Source: Eledone cirrhosa (lineage: Eukaryota). Taken from it: a DNA stretch of 64,000 bases. The translations under genes and the position numbers were made by a program. The DNA lies in the NCBI GenBank assembly GCA_964016885.1, contig OZ024746.1:80166001-80230000 (forward strand). The letters run 5' to 3'. The notes beneath the pieces are model-generated. The model ran no database searches. It was not told where the DNA came from and saw only the letters and a list, made by a program, of their open reading frames with translations. Shown here piece after piece: positions 1 through 11,508 of this stretch. Positions within the stretch are counted from its first letter, which is position 1, and each line of letters starts with the position of its first letter.

Positions 1-468
1 TCGATTTCCCTCTTTCTCATTTTCCCCACTCACTCTTCCCCTCTCTCTCTCTCTCTCTCACACACACATACACCCTCTCACTCTTTCACACTCACACATA
101 TACCCTCCACCCTCACTCTCTCTCTCTCTCTGACACGATCTATCTATCTATTTATTTGTCTAACTACTCTGTCGTCTTTCTCTGAAACTTGTCTTTATAA
201 TTCTTCATTGCTCTCTCTTACTTTGATGTATGTGTCTATACATGTAATTTAGTGGAAGTCCGTCTCTCTTCTTTTTTATGTGTGGGGGAGGGAGGGGATT
301 CTTTTACTGGTGTCAGTCATTGTATTATCTACCCTAATGCTTATTTCACTCTTGTGGTTTTAAGGTAACAGCTAAGTTGCGGGATAGAAAAAGACATATA
401 CAACCCCAACATCTAAAACAGTCTTAACAAGTACACACACATACACAAACACACACACCTACACACAA

Positions 469-504
<36 letters not shown>

Positions 505-878
505 CGTGTGTGTGTAAAGAGGGGACCACATGACAAATACAACGGAAAAAAAAAGGATACTCCCTTCTCTTCAGTCAACTTCTGGAAATCCGATGAACTT
601 ATATCTGTAAACCAATACTTATAGGTATACAGTATGTTCTTAAGAATGTAAAAAATGTTAGTGTCAAATGTAAATTCTAAGTGACGTCGTTGCTGCAAAC
701 GCTTTGTTGTCAGCCTATGACGTTAGCACTTTTCGTATGATATGCCATGGGCTTTTCACGCCTGACGAAGTCGTAGGGGCGTTGTTGTTATATCGGCGTG
801 TTAGGAATGTTAAACCTAGTGGAGTCTATCGGTCTATAGCCGACTTCTTTCAGAGAAATAAAAAGATCGAAAACGAGA

Positions 879-1069
879 AGGGTGGATTGGCAGTAGCGGT
901 AGAGGGTCGGACGCCATGCTTTGCAGCAAAGAGTTACGTTCATTTACGGTCTGAGTTCAAATCCCGCCGAGGTTAACTTTGCCTTTTATCCTTACGGGGT
1001 CGATAAAATAAAGTACCAGTAATACACTGGGATAATTGCTGGCCTTGTGCCAAAAGTAAAAACAATTAT
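879..1069 (+). mobile_element. tRNA-derived SINE, family A (full length)
   Basis: A-box-like TGGCAGTAGCGG, B-box GAGTTCAAATCCC, central GCCTTTTATCCTTACGGGGTCGATAAAATAAAGTACCAG (resembles the Meta-SINE domain, from recall), tail GGCCTTGTGCCAAAAGTA..AACAATTAT; many near-identical copies in the window. Confidence 0.9.
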
Positions 1070-1089
1070 ATTTATCGATAGGCTAGAGA

Positions 1090-1190
1090 CGAGAGGCAAA
1101 GTTGACCTCGACAGGATTTGAATTCAGAGAGCCGGAACAAATGCCACGAAATATTCTATCCGGTGTTCCAACGACTCTGCCAATTCGCCA
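1090..1190 (-). mobile_element. older diverged family-A-related SINE fragment
   Basis: GGCAAAGTTGACCTCGACAGGATTTGAATTCAG...CTGCCAATTCGCC is the reverse complement of the SINE head. Confidence 0.65.
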
Positions 1191-1540
1191 TCTTTTTACT
1201 TCGTTGTGCACATACAAATACAATTTTGCAGTCCTGAATACTGCAATTGAGAAGAAAAAAAATGCAATCAACTGAACTTATCCCCACAATTTCATAGCCG
1301 AAATTTCCTTTAGAAGTGCTTGAATAATGAGAATCAAGCAAAAGAGAGAAATCCTGTAGCTTGAGCTGACCCCGTGCTCTATCTACTATCCATTTCACTT
1401 ACATGGCTTAGGACCTAAAGTTGCTCATGACTCGCTTAGCTCAACCTAGGAATGTAGTAGAGCAAACTTCACGAAGTGGCAACGAACTTGGGACTGTTAT
1501 ATTTTGTCAGACACTCGCACTAGTCTGACATGAATAATAA

Positions 1541-1727
1541 TTGTTTCTACTTTTGGCACAAGGCCATCAATTACCCAGTACATTACTGGTACTTTATTTT
1601 ATCGACCCCGTAAGGATGAAAGGCAAAGTTAACCTCGGCGGGATTTGAACTCAGACCGCAAAGGGACGTAACTATGCTGGAAAGCATGGCATCCGACTCT
1701 CTACCGATACTGCCAATCCACCGCCCT
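1541..1727 (-). mobile_element. family-A SINE with 16-bp target-site duplication
   Basis: Full reverse-complement copy; TSD TGACATGAATAATAAT at 1526-1541 and 1728-1743. Confidence 0.92.
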
Positions 1728-1743
1728 TGACATGAATAATAAT

Positions 1744-2145
1744 GGGTTCTAATTTTAGTTCAAAGCCAGCAATTACCCCAATTAGCCCCATAAATCTAAG
1801 GCTAGCATTTTAGTATAGGCACAAGGTCAGCAATTTTGGGTGAGGGGAAAGTCGATTAAATCGACTCCAGTGCGTGACTGGTACTTTATTTTCTCGACCC
1901 CGTAAGGATGAAAGGCAAAGTTAACCTCGGCGGGATTTGAACTCAGATCATAAAGGGTCGTAACTCTATGCTGCAAAGCATGGCGTCCGACCCGATACTG
2001 CCAAATGGATTCTAATTTTAGTACAAAGTCGGCAATTTTGAGGTGAAGGGAATATATTAACTCCAGTGAATGTTTGGTACTTTATTTTATCAGAAGGGAG
2101 AAAACAAAGATGGCCTCAGTGAGATTTGAACTCAGATCATAAAAG
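1744..2145 (-). mobile_element. cluster of family-A SINE copies and fragments (long-tail variant ~1811-2003, older copy ~2005-2145)
   Basis: Repeated GGTACTTTATTTT..GGCAAAGTTAACCTCGGCGGGATTTGAACTCAG; extra GGGGAAAGTCGATTAAATCGACTCCAG segment. Confidence 0.8.
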
Positions 2146-2385
2146 CTAGACACTAAATACCACAAGGAGAAAGTACGTGTGTCTAAGAGAGAGAGAAAGA
2201 GGGGGAGGATGGGAGAGATAAAGAGAGAAAGATATACAGTCCGACATGTAGGCAGACAGACAGATAGACAGGCAGACAGGCAGACTGAAAACAGATGGAT
2301 AGATATGAGAAAAATGTAATTTGTCAGCCAAACAGCCAGTCAGACAGCCAGCCAAACGGGCAGATAACCAGGCAGGCAGCCAAAC

Positions 2386-2399
2386 GAAAGAAAGAACGA

Positions 2400-2479
<80 letters not shown>

Positions 2480-2480
2480 A
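2386..2480. repeat. (GAAA)n microsatellite
   Basis: Direct reading; explains the KERK ORFs. Confidence 0.97.
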
Positions 2481-2910
2481 AAAGGAAATATAATTACAAA
2501 AAAATATGATTATTTAAAAAAATCAAACCACAAAAATTTCAACCAAGAAAGAGCAATATATAAAATATAAAATGAATAACTAAAGATTAAAAAAAAAAGG
2601 AAAAATGCCGTCTGAACATGAAAGATATCCGTTGTGAACAGAATGATACAGTTAGATAGACAGATACCTCTAATACCTACTGCCTATATATATATATACT
2701 ACACCTAAGTGATATATTAACCATGTATTTCTTCCACTACCATCAACAATAACACCATCATCATCATCACCACCACCACCAACAGCGCCGAATATCCAAC
2801 ATGGCGAAAAGAAATATCAGGGAACTCATTAGGCCGCATTCATTGCTGAGACGTAAACTACGGCAGATTCTTACCTATATCTTATTAATTCTATTACAGA
2901 GTTCAGTAGC

Positions 2911-2997
<87 letters not shown>

Positions 2998-3028
2998 TTT
3001 ATATATGTGCGTGTGTATGTATAAATAA

Positions 3029-3062
<34 letters not shown>

Positions 3063-3142
3063 ATGTGCTTGTGTACATTGATACGTTATAGACATACATA
3101 TCTGCATGCATGTATGTATGTATATATATATATATATATAAT

Positions 3143-3295
3143 GTTGGATCACCATCGTTTCCGGCGATGAGTGTTCCAGTTATTTCGAATACTGAGTGAC
3201 TGAGCATTCAACGTACACGTTAAACCTTCACGTAGTTAGTTCTCAGGGAGATTCAGTGTGTGACAAGTCTTACCCTCAGAATTACAAGTACAACT
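3143..3295 (-). mobile_element. tail fragment of the SINE family also at 48508-48800
   Basis: TTCTCAGGGAGATTCAGTGTGTGACAAG...AATTACAAGTACAACT is the reverse complement of the middle of the 48.6-kb copy. Confidence 0.6.
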
Positions 3296-3364
3296 TTCCA
3301 ATAATTATATTTTCCTCCCCAGACTACCAAAACATACATCTATTTGTACCTGCGCTACAATTTA

Positions 3365-3700
3365 TGTAGAGACAGATGGGAGAGATAGACATGCATATAG
3401 AGAGGGGGATTGGAAGAGAACACTCTGTAGTTGGTATAGAGAGGGGGAGAATTTGGTGGTTGTAGATATACAGAGAGGGTTAATGGGAGAGTGCCGTATG
3501 GTAGATATAGAGAGGGTGAGAGTTTAGGCGTGATTGATATACAGAGGGGGATTGGGAGAGATAAGTGTAGATGTTTATAGAGAGTAAGAAAGTGTATTAG
3601 TTTTAGATATAGAGAGTGGGAAAAGAGAGGCGGTGTCGTGGTAGATATAGAGAGGGGTAGAGTTTGGTTTTAGTAGATACAGAGAGGGGGGGGTGAATTT
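3365..3700. repeat. degenerate ~40-bp purine-rich minisatellite
   Basis: Recurrent GTAGATAT(AC)AGAGAGGGG..GAG units; reverse-complement relative at ~43445-43530. Confidence 0.65.
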
Positions 3701-3704
3701 TGTG

Positions 3705-4006
3705 GTACTCTTGGGTCCCAAATAATAGGAGGGGTGGCAATAATGGGGGAGGGGTGCTTGGAAATTCAGTAATTGTATAGTGTACTTCGTAAATATGGGA
3801 TTTCTTGTAATGTTCTTCTTTTGTCATATATAATGTGTCTTTTAATGTAAAATAAAATTATTAGATTCTCCAGATGCTCTATCGATATGAATCACGCGCT
3901 ATACCATTTCGCCGGTGATAGATTACCAAAATTTAATAATCGGGTGGCGGGATCTGACAAATTAATAAGCGGGGAGTGGGGTCGATTATTGCAGACCTGA
4001 GAGTAC
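3705..4006. mobile_element. putative MITE
   Basis: Imperfect TIRs GTACTCTTGGGTCCCAAATAAT ... ATTATTGCAGACCTGAGAGTAC. Confidence 0.45.
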
Positions 4007-4202
4007 GTGAATTATTGACGTTCGAAAGAATGAAAACACAATACCGAAATAGAGTTTAAATATTTATTTATTATGGTTAAGCCTTGTTACTCTGGAGTCT
4101 CACTTGCGTACTCACCAGACAAGACTGGCGATCCTGTGAGTGCGCAGGTGAAACTTTAGAGTAGCAAAGCTCACCAATAGCCATAATAAATGAATATATA
4201 TA

Positions 4203-4663
4203 CAGTTGTACCCCGGTATTTGCAGGGGTTACGTTCCTAGAGCACCCGCGTTAAAAACGGTGAATATTTGACGTGGTTCATAAATATACCGATAAACGTC
4301 AAAATGTAACGTAAAATATAATTGTTTCTACTTTTGGCACAAGGCCAGCAATTACCCAATGCATTACTGGTACTTTATTCTATCGACCCCGGAAGGATGA
4401 AAGGCAAAGTTAACCTCGGCGGGATTTGTAACGTAAAATATAATAAAAATGCGAAGGGGCGTCCAATAGGCCGGCAAATACGATATATTGTTATTAATAA
4501 TGTAGCGTTAATATATATATATATATTGCCACGATAAAAGCTATACAAAAATCGCGGAAGATATTTACGATTCCGCGAATATGCGGTGGTTTCCACAAAC
4601 AATTATTAGGTTCTAAGGAAAATTCCACAAATAACCGACACCGTGAATGCCAGGCGTACACTG
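4203..4663. mobile_element. Tigger/pogo-like non-autonomous DNA transposon (MITE), interrupted by a SINE
   Basis: TA|CAGTTGTACCCCGGTATTTGCAGGGGTTACGTTCC start resembles MER2/Tigger termini; imperfect TIR ...GAATGCCAGGCGTACACTG at the end. Confidence 0.65.
4321..4426 (-). mobile_element. 5'-truncated family-A SINE with 18-bp TSD
   Basis: TSD TGTAACGTAAAATATAAT at 4305-4322 and 4427-4444. Confidence 0.9.
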
Positions 4664-4668
4664 CATAA

Positions 4669-4721
<53 letters not shown>

Positions 4722-4800
4722 ATGTAGGAGGTGAGTTTTATTGTAGCACAATAAAGCAATGCATTCACAAGTGTTTTTTAAGCTTCATATCATGTATCCC

Positions 4801-4871
4801 TATTTTATCTGATGAAAACGCAGATATCATCCCATGATGATATTTGTTTTTGAAATGCGCATAATAAAATA
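4801..4871 (+). ncRNA. type-I hammerhead ribozyme (apparently intact)
   Basis: Helix I TATTTTAT/ATAAAATA, CTGATGA 4809-4815, 16-bp helix II with CCAT loop, GAAA 4852-4855, palindromic helix III A-TGCGCA-T, AUA cleavage triplet ending at 4863. Confidence 0.85.
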
Positions 4872-4901
4872 CTTCGAACTCTTTTAACCATCTTTTGATC
4901 T

Positions 4902-4940
<39 letters not shown>

Positions 4941-5107
4941 TATATAGAATGTTTAAGTATCGAGAGAGAGAAAAAGGGAAAGATAGGCGATACATATATT
5001 TAGTTGCCAATAGTTTGTGCAGATGTGCTCAATACTCATGCCTACAGGGTTATATTATATATATATATATATATATACATGCCTACATTATATATATATA
5101 TATATAT

Positions 5108-5586
<479 letters not shown>

Positions 5587-5677
5587 GTATGGAAAAGGTA
5601 AACAGAAATAACAACACAATTGGTACAGTATATGAAAGGAATATATTAGGTTAATGCTTGAAATAGCAGGAAGAGGG

Positions 5678-5713
5678 TCTTGACATTTCGGACGCTAGTC
5701 CTTTATCAGAAGA
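5678..5713 (-). ncRNA. degenerate minimal hammerhead motif within a Penelope-like terminal-repeat fragment (5585-5713)
   Basis: Minus strand TCTT-CTGATAA-A-GGAC TAGC GTCC-GAAA-TG-TC-AAGA; G8 is replaced by A. Confidence 0.6.
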
Positions 5714-5855
5714 AAGAATGAGAAATAAGATAGATTGAAGGGACGGACATGTTGTAATTGGAAAAAAATGTCTTCAGATAAAAATAACAGGTCCATTCAT
5801 GTTGACATCTCTTGGAAAACTGTTTTGAGTATGATTTATTTTTTTAGAAAAGTGG

Positions 5856-5978
<123 letters not shown>

Positions 5979-6031
5979 AGTAAGTATGTTTTTGAAACAG
6001 TGAGCAGGTTTGAAATTAGAAAATAGAATAG

Positions 6032-6211
6032 CTTTCACCGTATTTTTGACTAAAGGAATTTTAGCCTGATAATGGGGTTTAGAACCCTCAGATAAATGGA
6101 AAAAGATGAGTATTGACTCCCATGTACGTCAATACTCATCTTTTTCCATTTATCTGAGGGTTCTAAACCCCATTATCAGGCTAAAATTCATTTAGTCAAA
6201 AATATGGTGAA

Positions 6212-6213
<2 letters not shown>
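6032..6213. repeat. near-perfect 86-bp inverted repeat with 10-nt loop
   Basis: Arms 6032-6117 and 6128-6213, two mismatches, between (TA)n tracts. Confidence 0.95.
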
Positions 6214-6290
<77 letters not shown>

Positions 6291-6659
6291 ACATGAATAA
6301 ATTGGGCATAATACTAGTTTCTTACCAAATTCTTACAAACTCGATATATTAACCCTTTAGGAAAGGGCACAAAGCATGATTTTTTTTAAAATCATATATA
6401 TATATACAGTGGCAGTGGAACTGGTGGGGAGACATGCCTCCCTCCAATAATTATATTTTCTCCCCAAACTAACAAAACACACATCTATTTGGATATACGC
6501 TACAATTTATGTACATGTTATGTTTATCGCATTTCGAAGTTTTCTGACCATGTTAGTGTGCATAGCTAAACTAATCACTACAACTAAACTGTCCAAATTC
6601 TCTGAGTAATGGGTTAGTATTTCTAACATACAAACATTATATCATTGTGTCAGTAAGTG

Positions 6660-6885
6660 ACGGTCATAACTGCACTGATTCTCTTCGACTAGCTTCGTAA
6701 ATCAACACAGATAGAGAGAAGGACACGCACACACACGCACACACGCACACACGCACACACTCACACACCACACAAACATACATGTGCATATGTGTGTCTG
6801 TGTGTGTTTGTGTGTGTGTCTTTCTCGTCTCTATCTGTATTGGTTTACGAAGCTAGTCGAAGAGAACCAGTGCAGCTATGGCCGT
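6660..6885. mobile_element. fold-back/MITE-like element, ~65-bp inverted arms around CA/TG repeats
   Basis: ACGGTCATAACTGCACTGATTCTCTTCGACTAGCTTCGTAAA.. versus ..TTTACGAAGCTAGTCGAAGAGAACCAGTGCAGCTATGGCCGT. Confidence 0.65.
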
Positions 6886-6890
6886 ATATA

Positions 6891-6942
<52 letters not shown>

Positions 6943-6960
6943 CATATATATACATATATA

Positions 6961-7360
6961 TGGTGGCTGCCAACTCGTTTTCGAGTACGGCCACTACTTT
7001 ATATGTAGGAGAACCCCTACCGATGCGCTGAACGGGTGTGAATTTTTAGTCCAGCCAGCGACTTGAAAACTCTGGTACAAACACTACACTTGTGACAATT
7101 GTTGACACATAGTGCTGGGCCCATGGTACCATGTGACGACAAGTGCAGAGAGATCTCCAGATATAAAGCAATGCCTGTGCCGTGAAGCTTTTATAGTGAG
7201 CAAAGGCACTGCACAAAGCCAGTCCCACTCTCTTAACCCAGATGATATTTACCAAAAAGAAGAACAAGTCAACATCATTGGATACCATCAGAGTTGCAGG
7301 TGTTATATCAGAGTTTTCCTTCTCCTAGAATTCTGCCTTGACAAAGGCTAAGGGGTCATC
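6961..7360 (+). mobile_element. probable 5' portion of the RLE LINE family seen at 16940-17545
   Basis: 7168-7315 aligns by eye with the minus strand of 17400-17535; flanked by TACA-type repeats. Confidence 0.5.
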
Positions 7361-7453
7361 TCTATACATACATACATACATACATACAATGGGGATATGA
7401 TTTCTACAGGACTAAAACTGTTTCATTTGATGAAATCACTAAGAATGTATATA

Positions 7454-7499
7454 TTCCTGATGATTTCATACGAATGAAACAGTTGTAGTCATGTAGAAG
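7454..7499 (+). ncRNA. hammerhead-like motif in fold-back 7398-7502
   Basis: TTC-CTGATGA-TTTC ATAC GAAT-GAAA-CAG..ATG-TA-GAA; helices short or degenerate. Confidence 0.6.
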
Positions 7500-7660
7500 T
7501 CATTAAAATATATCCATATATGGATGTGTGTATGGTAAGTACATTTTGGTCTTAATTGCCCAGGGATTCGTATGTATGTACGTACGTATGTATGTATGTA
7601 TGTATGTATGTATGTATGTATGTATGTATGTATGTATGTATGTATGTATGTATGTATGTA

Positions 7661-7896
7661 TCTAATTTATATAAATGTATATATATATTGATACAAAAAC
7701 ACACGCACACTCCCACTCCAACACACACACACATATATATATATATATATCTGAATGTGTATATATATATACATACATACATACATACATACATACATAC
7801 ATACATACATACATACATACATACATACATACATACATACATACGTACGTACATACATACATACATACATACGTACGTACGTACATACATACATAA

Positions 7897-7927
<31 letters not shown>

Positions 7928-8046
7928 TATGTATGTATATATATATATATACACATTCAGATATATATATATATGTGTGTGTGTGTGTTGGAGTGGGAGT
8001 GTGCGTGTGTTTTTGTATCAATATATATACATTTATATAAATTAGA
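7661..8046. repeat. inverted duplication (~105-bp arms) around a TACA/TA microsatellite
   Basis: GATACAAAAACACACGCACACTCCCACTCCAAC versus GTTGGAGTGGGAGTGTGCGTGTGTTTTTGTATC. Confidence 0.9.
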
Positions 8047-8173
8047 TATATATGAAACATATATATGTGTGTATGTATTTATCTATATATTTATGTATAT
8101 AGATACACACACACACACATATATATATGTATATTCATGTATGTTTTATATATATATGTTTTATATATTCATG

Positions 8174-8221
<48 letters not shown>

Positions 8222-8405
8222 GGGTGGGTGGGTGTATGTGTGGCTGGGTGCGTGCGCGCAGGCACATTGCAAAGTTTTTAAAAAATCAGCAATAAGTAGT
8301 ATGACTGAATGAATAATTAAGAAAATAAGTAAATATTATTATTATTATTATTAATATCATCCTCAGAATCCGCCTCCACTTCCACCTCAACATAACAAAA
8401 ATCAA

Positions 8406-8443
<38 letters not shown>

Positions 8444-8642
8444 GGAGCAGCAGCAGCAGCAGCAGCATTCCTTCCTCTTGAACTTAACTTCCTGCATAAA
8501 AGTATAAATAACATTACATTGCGTGAAGCTAATGAGCAGACGACAATCTCGACGCTCTTTAATAAGGGAGGCGTAAAAGATCTCAGCGCTGTTCGAGCTT
8601 ACTTCCATCACCAGAGGTTGTACTCTGCACTATTGCTTGCTC

Positions 8643-8729
<87 letters not shown>

Positions 8730-8919
8730 ACATTGTGGTTCTTAACACGTCTGACTTTATAGCGTTGCTTTGATTTTTGTTTCGTTTATTCTTTTTTAAA
8801 TCTTGGTGTTATTAAGAAATCATTATGATGACGATGATGATGATGATGATGAGAAGAAGAAGAAGAAGAAGAAGAAGAAGAAGAAGAAGAAGAAGAAGAA
8901 GAAGAAGAATGATATTTCA

Positions 8920-9235
8920 ACTCTGGCTGTGAAGCGTGCAATAGTGAAATATTCTTGATTACCACAGAGGATCATCAAAGCCTTTGCACAAGAATCTACC
9001 AAAAGCATGTAATGATTCAAAATCACTTTAAGTAACTTCAAAATATATGGAGGTTGGGAAGAAACAATTAACCATATTGTCTCTGGCTGTCAAGTCTCAC
9101 CCCAAGAAAGAATGCATCGATAGACATGTCAGATTTAAGTCGTTGACACATTGCACATTCCCGCAGAAAAGATATTATATTAACATATACTAGAAAATAT
9201 TGTAGTGAATAACAAAACGGCCATATTCTAGGATA
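8920..9235 (+). pseudogene. decayed R4/Dong/R2-type non-LTR retrotransposon fragment (zinc knuckle to start of RLE)
   Basis: Frameshifted translation gives DHQSLCTRIYQKHV, EETINHIVSGC (9058-9090), IDRH and HILENIVVNNKTAIF*D, matching AQDQxLxTRxY / ETxxHIxSGC / YxxRH / HxPExVxENxxxxILWD motifs. Confidence 0.7.
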
Positions 9236-9780
9236 GTCATGGAAAAAATGCGACCTGTTTGGCTTTCTAAATGGCACACCTAACGAAAAATAACTTGAAT
9301 TTAAAGTTAGTCACCCTACTATAAATAGTAGGGCGGCCCACTTTATGATGAGCCATATCTCATGTGCTCCACTGATAGAAGAATATTTACCATACCTGTT
9401 CTAGAATATGTAAAATTACACAGATAAGAAAGTAAAGGTTAATCGGTCAGACATTGTTATAAAGAACCACGAGGATGAAATAAGAAGCAATAATGTATCT
9501 CAAAAGCAAATGGACAGATTATCCAATTATATAGATGTGGGAATAGAAATATCTAGAATGTAGGGACCGAAAATAGAAATAAGCCCTAAAATAATAGTTA
9601 CCACAAAAATGGTAATAGCGCTTGCAGACAAACAAATAAACAAACCTCAGAACTTACAAATAACAGTCATAGCATATTGAAAATAACAATACTAGATACT
9701 GCTGCACGTATATTAAGCAGAGGCAGTAGAGTGCCAAATAACGTACATTGTGGTATTTATTCTATTATTTTGCACTTTAG

Positions 9781-9997
9781 AGTGGTGGATTGGCAGTATC
9801 AGTAGAGAGTTGGACACCATGCTTTGCAGCGTAGAGTTACGGTCCTTTACGGTCTGAGTTCAAATCCCACCGAGGTTAACTTTGTCTTTCATCCTTACGG
9901 GGTCGACAAAATAAAGCACCAGTAACGCACTGAAGTCGAGTTAATTTATTTTCCCCTCCCCCCAAATTACTGGCCTTGTGCCTATACTAGAAATCAT
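9781..9997 (+). mobile_element. family-A SINE, long-tail variant, with ~17-bp TSD
   Basis: TSD ATTATT(T/C)TGCACTTTAG at 9764-9780 and 9996-10012. Confidence 0.9.
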
Positions 9998-10219
9998 TAT
10001 TCTGCACTTTAGGTGAACCTAGGAACGGCAGCCAAATTTCTCACAAATGTTGCCCAACTATCTTGAATAGAGATAGGAAAACATTGAATAATGTATTCAT
10101 ATACACATTTCTAAAACGATGGAACAGTCATGGCTTTGACCACATGGCTGCTTAATCAGAGCTGACAACAATAGAAAAAGAAAAACAATTCAGCTGAGGT
10201 TAACTTTACATTCCATTCT

Positions 10220-10522
10220 TTCTGAGTCCAGAGCGGTGGGCTGGCGGAATATTTAGAATGTTGAAATAGAGGTCTTTTGTTCTGAGTCAAGAACAGGGTT
10301 GGCGGAATATTTAGAGTGTCGAAGGAGATGTCTTGTGTTCTGAGTCCAGAGCGGTGTGTTGACGGAATATTTAGTGTCGAATGAGGTGTCTTGAGTTCTG
10401 AGTCCAGAGCAGGGTTGGTGGCATATTTAGAGTGTCGAATGAGGTGTCTCTTGTTCTGAGTTCAGAGTGGTGTGTTGGTGGAATATTTAGAGTGTCGAAT
10501 TAGGTGTCTTTTATTCTGTGCT
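10220..10522 (+). repeat. ~58-bp tandem repeat, 5 units, resembling a SINE head
   Basis: Units TTCTGAGTCCAGAG..GGCGGAATATTTAGAGTGTCGAA..GGTGTCTT start near 10220, 10280, 10338, 10396 and 10455. Confidence 0.85.
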
Positions 10523-10699
10523 CTTGGGCGGAGACTTAAACTATCACCAGGTTTATGATTCCCACAAGATCCTCGGGTGTCTTTAACGGAATTTATTCTT
10601 TTGCCAACATTTAGGCCAGGTTTCCAGTTTAAGAATAACTTTCTTGCTCTCACCTCTCCCATCCATTAGTCTCGGAACTACTCTAACTAAACGTTAAAT

Positions 10700-10865
10700 T
10701 GTTGTTCAGACCTAGATCAAGCTTAATTGAGCAGACGTAATCAAAAACGTTCCGGTATAATATATCCTTGCCCCCAGTTTGTTTTATTTTTTAAAACATT
10801 AGAGTGGAATTTGAGGCAGAATTGGCTGTTATTTCTAGCAGTTTGTTATCTCGCATAGAGGCATC
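10700..10865 (+). mobile_element. fragment of an old interspersed repeat (relatives ~37375-37522 +, ~10015-10170 -, ~50285-50360 -)
   Basis: Shared GATTTG(A)..ATTGGCTG(T/C)TATTTCTAGC motif. Confidence 0.5.
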
Positions 10866-11006
10866 CTCTTTTATAACCAGTGTTTTACTGAGATACCAAC
10901 ATTTGAGATGGCATATTTTTGGACATTTCTGATGAGGCTTCCTAGACGAGGTTTCCTCGCTATGGTAGCAATAGCCACGTTTCAAGTAAGCACAACATCC
11001 CTTCAT

Positions 11007-11191
11007 AATTGTTTCTACTTTAGGCACAAGGCCAGCAATTACCCAGTGCATTACTGGTACTTTATTTTATCGATCCCGTATGGATGAAAGGCAAAGTCAA
11101 CCTCGGCGGGATTTGAACTCAGATCGTAAAGGGACGTAACTATGCTGGAAAGCATGGCGTCCGACCCACTACCGATACTGCCAATCCACCA
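11007..11191 (-). mobile_element. family-A SINE
   Basis: Full copy; short TSD CTTCAT(A/G)AT. Confidence 0.9.
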
Positions 11192-11293
11192 CTTCATGAT
11201 AGCAGGGAATTTGTTGAGGAGATGGTCCTCTTCTGTAAAGATGTGGCGGTTATCACACACATATTCAGACACACACATACATATATATATATT

Positions 11294-11328
<35 letters not shown>

Positions 11329-11404
11329 GTTTCTGTATGTATATATGATTATATATATATATATCATATCATATCATATCATATCATATCATATATATTA
11401 TATA

Positions 11405-11508
<104 letters not shown>

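Noticed and set aside
761-800. CTGACGA hammerhead core (also CTGATGA at ~10929, ~40275 and ~57671)
   Set aside because: No properly placed helix II + GAAA + NUH + helix I
704-976. 90-aa ORF
   Set aside because: Its 3' third is SINE sequence, the start is non-ATG and there is no domain
10220-10522. CRISPR-like array
   Set aside because: Units are wholly repeated with no unique spacers; eukaryotic context, no cas genes
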